From IMG/VR virus record IMGVR_UViG_3300024054_000362, positions 62,001-126,000 of that record: 64,000 nucleotides of DNA; one strand, 5' to 3'. Made by a program: the position numbers and the translations under genes. Under the pieces are notes generated by a model, which was not told where the DNA came from, searched no databases, and saw only the letters and a program-made list of their open reading frames with translations. Positions 29,206 to 37,257 of the stretch are shown here, one piece after another (the stretch's first letter is position 1; every line of letters starts with the position of its first letter).

Positions 29206-29634
29206 ATGCTCGCCCTGCAACACGAAAATGCACAAATGATGTTCGGTCAGGCGACTGCCCCGAGCGTCACGCAACAAGTCACCCAGTCGATCGCAGACCG
29301 CATCGCGGCAATTCGCGCGAAGATGGTCAAGGTTGGCATCCCGGCCGCCGTCGGCACTGGCGTTGTGGCAACGTTCGTGTCCGCGGGCGCTTTCGGACTC
29401 GCACGCACCGAGCGCGTCTGGACGCCGAGCCTCTTCCTCGGCGGTGTCGCCGTCGCAGCAGGCCTCATTGCAACAGCGCTGGCTGCCAAGGTCGCCAAGG
29501 ACACAGCAACTGCGCAGGCGACCGCGGCGGCGACAGCACCTACTGCAGCGCCTGCAACTGCACCGGTCGTCGATGCCTCAGCAGTCGCGACGGGCAACGG
29601 CTTCGGCTTCGGCTTCGGCTTCGGCGGCTACTAG
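29206..29634 (+). CDS. two-TM membrane protein with (GF)4 tail
   Basis: AGGAG RBS; MMFGQ; C-terminus GNGFGFGFGFGGY (GGCTTC x4, 29599-29622). Confidence 0.7.
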   Translation: MLALQHENAQMMFGQATAPSVTQQVTQSIADRIAAIRAKMVKVGIPAAVGTGVVATFVSAGAFGLARTERVWTPSLFLGGVAVAAGLIATALAAKVAKDTATAQATAAATAPTAAPATAPVVDASAVATGNGFGFGFGFGGY

Positions 29635-29686
29635 ACGACGTGCTAGCTTCCTCCTGTCGCCACTTCGTGACGACATGGGTAGAAAC

Positions 29687-30019
29687 CTAGAGCGATGTGT
29701 GGTGGTGCGTGTAGATGCCCGGCGGTAGCCCCACTGGACAGTTGATCGCGTGCTCGGTCCACGTCACCTGGCCGTTCGAGAGGCGCGTCAGGAAGCGCAT
29801 GCGGCAGATGAACGGCCGCGACTGCGAGACCGGTTGCGGCGGTCCCGGCGGCATGAACGCCGGCTGCGGCGGCCGTGCGTTCTGGGGCAGGCCGCCTTGC
29901 TGCTGGAGCTTGACCATTGCGTCGGCGAAGGCACTCTGCAGGTTGTTGTGGGCCGACGGATCGATGGCGACCGAACCGAGAACTTGTCCGTTGGCGCTGC
30001 GCAGGTTGGCGTACATCAT
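29687..30019 (-). CDS. hypothetical Pro/Gln-rich protein
   Basis: GGAG RBS, 110 aa. Confidence 0.55.
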   Translation of the reverse strand: MMYANLRSANGQVLGSVAIDPSAHNNLQSAFADAMVKLQQQGGLPQNARPPQPAFMPPGPPQPVSQSRPFICRMRFLTRLSNGQVTWTEHAINCPVGLPPGIYTHHHTSL

Positions 30020-30034
30020 GTGCGTGTTTCTCCC

Positions 30035-30364
30035 TTAATGATTGGTTGCGGCCTCGCGCGCAGCGATACCGAGCAGTCGCGCGATTTCAGAATCTGGAGC
30101 CCCGCCTTCGAGACGAGCAACACCCGTTGGGCGTCGCAATACAAACGTGACCGGAACGTTGTACACGCCCAGTCGCGTCGCGATCTCAGCACAGCGGGGG
30201 TCGTTGGCGTCGTACATGAAGATGGGGACGTGTTGGAGTGCAGGGACTTGCTGACGGTAATGCTGCACGGCGCGAATGAAGCGGGGTTTGTACTCAAGAC
30301 ACGCTTCACAGCCTGGAATCGTAAAAACCAAGATCACGACACGCGCTTCGACGAGATTTGTCAC
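30035..30364 (-). CDS. thioredoxin-like protein
   Basis: FTIPGCEAC (CxxC), LGVYNVPVTFV (cis-Pro); GTG overlaps the upstream TGA. Confidence 0.75.
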   Translation of the reverse strand: MTNLVEARVVILVFTIPGCEACLEYKPRFIRAVQHYRQQVPALQHVPIFMYDANDPRCAEIATRLGVYNVPVTFVLRRPTGVARLEGGAPDSEIARLLGIAAREAATNH

Positions 30365-30486
30365 GGAACGTGTCTCCAGCTTTGGCCATTCACAGCACTT
30401 CGACAGGTCCACGCCGAGACATTGAACTTACGCGCAAGCGCAGCCCAGGACAACCCGCAGTCTCTCGCCTGACGCAGTTCAACCAT
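30361..30486 (-). pseudogene. remnant C-terminal HTH of an HNH homing endonuclease
   Basis: GLSWAALARKFNVS..AVNGQSWRHV, a typical HNH-associated tail with no nuclease domain. Confidence 0.55.
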
Positions 30487-30487
30487 T

Positions 30488-30598
30488 TTAGAACGCGCCA
30501 CGGCTATGTCCCCTACAGGCTTCGCAACCTGGGATCGTGAACAGCGCCACGACGACGTTCGGTCCATGCGGCATGCGTTTTTGCCTTGCAGCCATCAT
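30488..30598 (-). pseudogene. truncated original 5' end of the thioredoxin-like gene
   Basis: NVVVALFTIPGCEAC then an early stop; duplicates the start of 30035-30364. Confidence 0.6.
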
Positions 30599-30733
30599 CC
30601 TACTCTGGAACGGACGTTTGATCGAGGTTTCAGCGCACTTCGGAGGGCGATCGCGCGAGCGATCTTTGACCGGTCCGGTAGGTGCGTGATACACGTTTGA
30701 GGGACGTAGGCGCACGATCCGACACGGAGATCC

Positions 30734-31396
30734 ATGAGTCTCACCCAAGATACGGACTTCAAGTGCGTCGACAAAGCGGGCAACCCGCTGAACTTCTGCT
30801 TCGGGATCGGTGCAGCAAACCACACGCTGCTTCAGAAGTTGCAACAAGCAGTCAACCGGCTCGCGAACCTCGGTGGATTCCCCGCGTTGACCGTCGACGG
30901 TTTTATCGGACCTGATACGGTGGCTGCCGTTCGAAAGGTGCTCTTCATCGGCCCCGTAGGCAGCCTTCCTTGGACCAAGGAGACAATCTCCAACAACGCG
31001 TCTGAAGTCATCGACGGGTTGAACAGTATCGCCGCCGATCTTCAAACCAGGGGCGACGTACTAGCGCCCGAGGGTACGCCCGTCGAGCCGACCATCCAGA
31101 CGATGGCGACGTCGACCGGTATTCCTCAAGAAAGCGCAGCTGACATCATCGCCGCCGCACTCGGACCGGCACCGAGTAACCAAAAAACCTTCAAGCTCCT
31201 GCCGTGGATCTTGGGTGGCTTGGCGGTCGTCGCCGCTGTCGGCGTCGGCGGCTACTTCTACCACCGCCACAAGGCGCGTCAGCAACTCGGATGGGGCGAC
31301 GACGATGATTTCGGAGACGATGATCTCGGAAACGATGATCTCGGCGACGACGATCTCGGCGACAACGACTTCGACGGCGGTAGCGAGGAGCTATAG
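30734..31396 (+). CDS. peptidoglycan-binding-like membrane protein, family B
   Basis: LQQAVNR..LTVDGFIGPDT; TM; acidic DDDLG repeat tail. Confidence 0.7.
   Translation: MSLTQDTDFKCVDKAGNPLNFCFGIGAANHTLLQKLQQAVNRLANLGGFPALTVDGFIGPDTVAAVRKVLFIGPVGSLPWTKETISNNASEVIDGLNSIAADLQTRGDVLAPEGTPVEPTIQTMATSTGIPQESAADIIAAALGPAPSNQKTFKLLPWILGGLAVVAAVGVGGYFYHRHKARQQLGWGDDDDFGDDDLGNDDLGDDDLGDNDFDGGSEEL
31301..31375 (+). repeat. 5 x 15-nt coding tandem repeat (DDD[LF]G)
   Basis: GACGATGATYTCGGM-like units. Confidence 0.85.
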
Positions 31397-31398
31397 CC

Positions 31399-32037
31399 GT
31401 GAGTCTTCTCCCCGAGCAGTTCCCACTTCCCGACAGTCTTGTCCCTGGAACAGACTTCAAGTGCGCCGATCGTGCCGGGACGCCGCTGAACTTCTGTTTC
31501 GGAATCGGCGCCGGCAACCACGCGACCCTTCAACTCCTACAGCAGGCCATCAACCAGTTCTCGGTTCTGAAGGGCTTCGCACAGCTCACCGTCGACGGTT
31601 TTGTTGGTACCAACACCGTCAACGCCGTACAAGCCATCCTCCCGATCGATCCGCCATGGACCAAGGAGCAAGTCACGGAACGTGCAACGGGCCTGTTGAT
31701 ACAGATCGACAACGCTGCAAGGCAGCTAGAACAACAAGGACACACGCTCGCATCAATCGGCGAGCCCGTCCCTCCAGCACAGAGCGTGGCGTCGACCGGG
31801 GTTCCGTCGTCGACCGGCAGTGAAATCGTCGCTGCGACGACAGCACCGACAACCGCAGCAGGCATCGCTGCCGTTGTCCCAAAGTCGAAGTTGCTACCGT
31901 GGATCCTCGGCGGTCTCGCTGTTGTCGCCGCGGTCGGCGTCGGCGGTTTCTTCTATCATCGAAACAGACTCCTGAAACAGGCGGGATGGGGTGACTACGA
32001 CGACGCTGACGACCTCGGCGCCGACGAGGAGGACTGA
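31399..32037 (+). CDS. peptidoglycan-binding-like membrane protein, family B
   Basis: close paralog of 30734 (TDFKC..PLNFCFGIGA.NH, LTVDGF.G, LLPWILGGLAVVAAVGVGG). Confidence 0.75.
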   Translation: MSLLPEQFPLPDSLVPGTDFKCADRAGTPLNFCFGIGAGNHATLQLLQQAINQFSVLKGFAQLTVDGFVGTNTVNAVQAILPIDPPWTKEQVTERATGLLIQIDNAARQLEQQGHTLASIGEPVPPAQSVASTGVPSSTGSEIVAATTAPTTAAGIAAVVPKSKLLPWILGGLAVVAAVGVGGFFYHRNRLLKQAGWGDYDDADDLGADEED

Positions 32038-32040
32038 TCC

Positions 32041-32775
32041 ATGTGGGGTGCTGCGCTCACACAAAACGTCGACTTCAACTGCAACAAGGACATCTGCTTT
32101 GGAATCGGTCCCGTCCACGACAAGTACAAGCTGTTTCAGCAAACGCTGAACCGCTTCGCACCGCTCGGGAAGGGTTTCAAGCCGCTCGATGTCGACGGAT
32201 TCATCGGAGATCTAACCGTCGCTGCCGCAAACGCGGCTGCTGAAGTTGCAACACTACCGTCACCAGGTCTCACGCACGAAGCCGTCGCAGCCAGCGTCGA
32301 CGACTTCACGTCGCAGCTGTCGAGTATCATCGACATGCTTGTCACGGCAGGCGTGATCGCGCCGATCAACGATGCCGAACGCGCCAAGATCGCGGCCACC
32401 GATACCGACCTCACCAAGCCACCGCCGGCTGCTGCAACCGCCATCGTCGGCACATCGACGCCGTCGCCTGAGATCGACGGTGTGATCCAACAGACCGTTG
32501 CCGCGTGTCGTGCCAGTCGTTCGAGTCCTGCGTGTACCCGCGCCAAGACGATGTGCAAGAGCATCCGCGGGACGCCCCAGGCTTCGCTCGCCGAAGTCAA
32601 AGAAATCTGCGACTCGACTTCGACACCGCTCTGGGTGTTCCTGCTCGCAGGAGGCCTCGGCGTAGGCGCCATCATCGGAATCGGCGTCCTCCACGCCCGT
32701 CGACGTCGCGCCGCCGAAGCCGTGGCACTCGGGAACGATGCACGTCCGGCCCGTCGGTATAAGCGCGTTCGTTGA
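32041..32775 (+). CDS. peptidoglycan-binding-like membrane protein, family B
   Basis: DFNC..CFGIG, LDVDGFIGDLT, TM, RRRR. Confidence 0.7.
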   Translation: MWGAALTQNVDFNCNKDICFGIGPVHDKYKLFQQTLNRFAPLGKGFKPLDVDGFIGDLTVAAANAAAEVATLPSPGLTHEAVAASVDDFTSQLSSIIDMLVTAGVIAPINDAERAKIAATDTDLTKPPPAAATAIVGTSTPSPEIDGVIQQTVAACRASRSSPACTRAKTMCKSIRGTPQASLAEVKEICDSTSTPLWVFLLAGGLGVGAIIGIGVLHARRRRAAEAVALGNDARPARRYKRVR

Positions 32776-32827
32776 GCGATCGCTTGCGCGATCAAGTTTG
32801 TGGTAGGCTCTGCTAGAGGCACCCCAC

Positions 32828-33772
32828 ATGCTCGCAACCTATGTCAACGGTTACGCGTACGGCTTCGGACAGGCGCCAACGTCGTTCGTGCAGTACTTCG
32901 CCCAGATGAGCAAAAAACGGCAACTGGGTGCAGGATTTCAAGGACTAGGGCAACCGGCGAACGACTTTATCGCCTTCAACAACGGCCAGTCGTCACCTGC
33001 ATCCTTTGTCGGTGACCCTGCAGGGTTCGGTCTCGGCAATGTGGTCTTCTGCAACAAGGAAGCAGGGACCAACCGTCCGCAGTGCATCTTGAATCAGACC
33101 GGTGATGGAGCGCGTGCACCCATTCGTGCAATGCAGCTAGCAGCTGATCGGATCATCACACTCATCAATCAAGGCCTTCGTAACCAACTCGCAGGCGACC
33201 AACTGTGTGCACAGTTCCCGCGCGCAGATGGTTCCGGTACGTTCGAGAACTGTGCTCCGATCGGTCAGATTCAAGACAATCCAATCGCGAGCGGCGGTGG
33301 CGGCGGAATCGACGGCATTGTTGGCGACACCACACGAGGTGTCGTCGGCCTAGCACTGACATTTGCCGGAGCCCTCAAACAAGTTCCTCTGGATGCCCGA
33401 GGGCGGAACGTGATGATCGCGATCATCGAACCGCTCAACAACGGCATTCAGGCCGAAATGTCTGGCGATATTGCGGCCTACCTGAACGATGTCGCCGACA
33501 ATTTTCCAGCGCTTGTTGAAGCATTCAAGGCACGCGGCGGTACGTCGATTCAGACGGTGATCGATCCCGCCACGATCGAAGCGCTTCCATTCGTGCTTCC
33601 GGCCGCTGTCGCCGGCACGTCGAACAAGAAGGCGATCATCGCTGCGACGGCCGCAATGATCGGCCTGACCTCGGTCGCAGCGTACGCTGCCGGCGTGAAG
33701 AAGCCGATGGCGCTCTACGCCGACAAGCCCGCGCTCGGTCGCGGTCGTCGCCGTCGCTCGCGGAGGTACTAG
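32828..33772 (+). CDS. membrane protein with PG-binding-like motif
   Basis: IDGIVGDTT; YGFGQ, KKRQLGAGFQGLGQ, PALGRGRRRR. Confidence 0.65.
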   Translation: MLATYVNGYAYGFGQAPTSFVQYFAQMSKKRQLGAGFQGLGQPANDFIAFNNGQSSPASFVGDPAGFGLGNVVFCNKEAGTNRPQCILNQTGDGARAPIRAMQLAADRIITLINQGLRNQLAGDQLCAQFPRADGSGTFENCAPIGQIQDNPIASGGGGGIDGIVGDTTRGVVGLALTFAGALKQVPLDARGRNVMIAIIEPLNNGIQAEMSGDIAAYLNDVADNFPALVEAFKARGGTSIQTVIDPATIEALPFVLPAAVAGTSNKKAIIAATAAMIGLTSVAAYAAGVKKPMALYADKPALGRGRRRRSRRY

Positions 33773-33810
33773 CCCGTGCTCGCCTCCTCGACAAACTGGA
33801 GAGGTCGTCT

Positions 33811-34269
33811 ATGCTCTCCGTGACGCAATCCCAACGCGTCGAGGATAGAAACGGCGAGAGCGCCAACGAACTGATCGCGGCGTGGGGGCGGAGCGGCTAT
33901 CGCTACGGCTTCCCCGACTTCTACGCAGCGCAGTTCCCGGTCCGTCCGATGTACTACGACCAAAGCTGCATCTACAACGGTGTGATCGGTCGGCACTACC
34001 CGGACGCGCAGACCGGCCGCTACCACTACATGTTCGATCAGAACATGTACCTGCAGCCCGGCAACTACGATCCCAACCCGTTCCCGACGCGGGGGTTTGG
34101 TCAGACCGAACCAGCGTCGACACCGCCGGTAACACAGGCCGCCGTTCAGACCCCGTCATCAGGTACAGCCCGCGCAGGTCGCGTCGCAATCGGTGTAGGG
34201 ATCACGGCAGTTCTGATCGGCGCCGGCATCTTCATCAGCTCGCGATCGCGGCGTTCTTCCCATCGCTAG
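33811..34269 (+). CDS. Tyr-rich membrane protein
   Basis: RGFGQ, C-terminal TM + basic tail. Confidence 0.65.
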   Translation: MLSVTQSQRVEDRNGESANELIAAWGRSGYRYGFPDFYAAQFPVRPMYYDQSCIYNGVIGRHYPDAQTGRYHYMFDQNMYLQPGNYDPNPFPTRGFGQTEPASTPPVTQAAVQTPSSGTARAGRVAIGVGITAVLIGAGIFISSRSRRSSHR

Positions 34270-34302
34270 CAAGTAGGGCAAAGCGCGAGTATAATCACAC
34301 TC

Positions 34303-34533
34303 GTGAACAAGCCCAAACGCCCCAAGTCCCGTGCGCGACCCAGTCGCAGCGGCGATCGAATCTCCCATCTGCACGTCGTGATCGACGAGGAACTGCAAGA
34401 AGGCCTCGAAGCGCACGCCGTCAAGCTTGACCCTCGCGCAAAGGTTGTCGGTCGCCGGCTGAACCTCTCCGCGGCGGCGCGAGACGCCATGCGGAAGGGC
34501 CTGGGGCTCCGCACTGCTGCGCGCGCAGCCTGA
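34303..34533 (+). CDS. ribbon-helix-helix-like DNA-binding protein
   Basis: LHVVIDEELQEGLE..NLSAAARDAMRKGL. Confidence 0.55.
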   Translation: MNKPKRPKSRARPSRSGDRISHLHVVIDEELQEGLEAHAVKLDPRAKVVGRRLNLSAAARDAMRKGLGLRTAARAA

Positions 34534-34569
34534 CGATCGCTCCAGCGATCGGTGTGGTATCGTCGCGGT

Positions 34570-35067
34570 ATGCGCCGACTCGGCCGATCTCGGATTCCCA
34601 ACGGCTATGCGCGTCGTCACGGCTGTACGGCCAAGGATGTCGATCCTGCGCAGCTCAAGATCGGAATGGAAGTCGAGATGGAGCACACGAGCGACCCAAA
34701 AATCGCTCGTGAAATCGCCCTCGATCACATCTGCGAAAACAAGGGACGTCCCTACTACATCCCGGCAGGTGTTCGACACGAACAGCTGCTTCTCAAACGT
34801 CGTGGTGGATTCGGTGCCGTCGGAGGGACGAGTTGTTCGACGAGCCCACGATGGGTCCGTGGCGGTATCGGACTTTTGTTGGGCGGCGTCCTCGGCGGCA
34901 TGATCGGCGGCGGCATCGCCATGGTGATGGTCAACTCGGCCAGCATCACCGAGCCGCTACAGTCGGCGATTCGGCTGAAGACCGCAACTATGCTCCCGAT
35001 CTTCGGAGCCCTCGTTGGTGGCGCGGGCGTCGGCATCTTCGCCGCCGCCAAGCCGGAGTGCACGTGA
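34570..35067 (+). CDS. DUF5661-like domain fused to a Gly-rich membrane hairpin
   Basis: QLKIGMEVEMEHTSDPKIAREIALDH..YY; C-terminal ..KPECT. Confidence 0.65.
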   Translation: MRRLGRSRIPNGYARRHGCTAKDVDPAQLKIGMEVEMEHTSDPKIAREIALDHICENKGRPYYIPAGVRHEQLLLKRRGGFGAVGGTSCSTSPRWVRGGIGLLLGGVLGGMIGGGIAMVMVNSASITEPLQSAIRLKTATMLPIFGALVGGAGVGIFAAAKPECT

Positions 35068-35324
35068 GACGCCGACACCGTCAGTTAGGCGCGGAATGTG
35101 CCACCAGCTCACGCCTGTCGCGTGGCGTCGTCGGCGGCATCATGGGCGGCGTCGCAGGCGGCGTAATCGGCCTCCTTGTCGGCGCTGTCGTCGGTTTCAA
35201 AAAGATCAACGATGCATCGTCGCAGACGGCACCGTTCAAGGCCTCGATTGGAGCTGCCGCCGGGGTCACCGCTCTCGGCATTCTTGTCGGCGCGACGGCG
35301 AGCGCCATCCAACCGGAGTGCTGA
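35064..35324 (+). CDS. Gly-rich two-TM hairpin protein
   Basis: RRRHRQLGAEC...IQPEC. Confidence 0.65.
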   Translation: MRRRHRQLGAECATSSRLSRGVVGGIMGGVAGGVIGLLVGAVVGFKKINDASSQTAPFKASIGAAAGVTALGILVGATASAIQPEC

Positions 35325-35557
35325 TGGCACGCGACATCCTTGTGAAGCGCAGCTGTAAGGGAAGCTCGCGTGCTGCACGCGCAGTCGAAGGTGCAGCCCT
35401 CGGCGCGATCGTCGGTCTGTTTGCAGGCGGTTTGATCGGCGGCCTTGTATTTGCGGGCGGGTCTTCGAAGAAGACCGCGATCCTTGTCGGACTGGGCGTG
35501 ATGGGCGCCGCCACGGCCGGCGAGAGCGTGCTTACGGCTCTGCCGCCCGAATGCTAG
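35324..35557 (+). CDS. Gly-rich two-TM hairpin protein
   Basis: RSC...LPPEC. Confidence 0.65.
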   Translation: MARDILVKRSCKGSSRAARAVEGAALGAIVGLFAGGLIGGLVFAGGSSKKTAILVGLGVMGAATAGESVLTALPPEC

Positions 35558-35615
35558 CGAGGTAGCGCTCGCGGTCTCTTGCGTCGTGCTTCATGTTAGT
35601 GGTGCTGCGTGGACG

Positions 35616-36822
35616 TTACTTGACCCCCTTATTGCAGCCCTTCCCCTTGCGACAGAAGAAGTACGTGCCGTCGTAGTAGACATGCGCGATCAGGTTCTTC
35701 GCCGGTCGCCGTGCAGGCTTGCGTCGAACCTTGCAACAGCTCGTCGGAAGCAGTCGGTTCGGCGGGTTCTTGACCCAGTGGTTGCGGTCCAACAACGCGA
35801 TCGCGTAACGCGTCGCCGGCTGATCCACAGCACGGTAGATGTGGAAGCTCATCGGGACCTGCGCTCCTTCTGAACGACGTCGTACGCCGCCTCGGCCTGT
35901 GCGTACGTCGTGACGATGCCCTCGCGAGCTTGGGTCGCGATGATGGTCGGGACCATCAACCTTCGACGAAGAACCGGATCGGCCAAGATCGCCCGGATAT
36001 CGACTCGTCTCAGCATGGCCAACCCTCCGTTTCGAGATGGTGCGCCCACGCGCCTGCCTCGTAGTCTTCGAGCTGATCGGCGAACCACTGTCGCTGCCGC
36101 TCGTCGCCGTTGTGGGCGGAACGCCAAGACTCCATCCGCTCGTTGTAGTTGCGATAGCCGTCATGGAAGGCGGTCGACGGAAAGCCGCCTGTGATGTGCT
36201 CGAACTTCCCGATCAGGAAGTCGTAGGCGAGCTGCTCGACGTACGGGTTCAGCGACTCGCCGAACGGCAGCAGCGCGAAGCAATGATCGCAGTGAAACGT
36301 CCGCGCGGTTTTGAAATCGCGCCGCATGTGGCACTTGTACCCGTTGGCGTCCTGCCAGTGACGTCCGGGCGGATGCTCGCAGCGTTTCTGGAGAGCCTTG
36401 AGCTTCCGCAGGGCCTTCGCTCGACGTTCATCTTCGGTCATGGGCTAGTCCTTCCCCATCACGTCGACGTGGAAGCGGCCAGCACTGTACGCTGCCTTGA
36501 GCGCTCGCGCGTGGCCGTTGCGGTACTGCGTCGCGAGCAGCGCCACCAGCTCGTTCCGTGACCGCGGCTTGTTGCCGATCATGGCATCGGTGACGCCGAT
36601 CTTCGCCGCCATGTTGAGCTGCTCGCACCATTCGTGCGGCGAACAGTTGACGAGATCGACGCGCTTGAAGGTGATGCTCTTCGGTTCATTCGACGAGATC
36701 TCATCGATGGTGAACGGCCCGCCAGACGTGTACTGCAAGAGGCCGAGACCGTCGATCGAGACCTGGCAGGAGTTGCGGCCCTGACCTGCGTGGATTCGCG
36801 CTGCGAGCTTGGGAGACTTCAT
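35616..36822 (-). other. leftward operon of four small hypothetical genes (35616-35852, 35849-36016, 36010-36441, 36445-36822)
   Basis: abutting or overlapping ORFs with coding-like bias. Confidence 0.55.
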
Positions 36823-36871
36823 CGGGGTGTTTCCTTCCGTTCGTTCGCTGGTTCGCTTGACAGACGTATGA

Positions 36872-37241
36872 ATAGGGCCGGCTATTCGACAAAGCAAGAG
36901 CTAGTTGATAAGAAAGCAAAACCACGAGTGAAAGTCAGGCTGATCTGTCGATAGTCCCGGCGATCTGCCGACAGATCCGGCGATCGACGTGCTGTCGTTT
37001 GAGGGCGGATCCAGGCTTGGATCGCTGCAGATCCGCCCCTGATTCACGGGCTATTGACGTAAATTCACATAGTTACGCGAGTCCGCAAGCTCCCGCGCGA
37101 GGTCTCTCGCGCGCAGAAAGGATACAGGCTTCCCTGAGCTTAAAGACCTGATGAAGAAGCTGGTTTTTGGAGCCTCCAAAACCCCTTGAAATTACGCATA
37201 TTTAGCAAATAGCTCTTGCTTTGCGAATAAACCGGCCGTAT
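36872..37241. promoter_or_regulatory. AT-richer divergent control region flanked by an inverted ~32-bp motif
   Basis: TAGCTCTTGCTTTGTCGAATAGCCGGCCCTAT on minus (36872-36903) vs TAGCTCTTGCTTTGCGAATAAACCGGCCGTAT on plus (37210-37241). Confidence 0.7.
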
Positions 37242-37257
37242 CAACCGTCCTACAGAC

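Noticed and set aside
30734-32037. Diversity-generating retroelement TR/VR pair
   Set aside because: The similarity is whole-gene paralogy, not adenine-specific, and no reverse transcriptase is seen.
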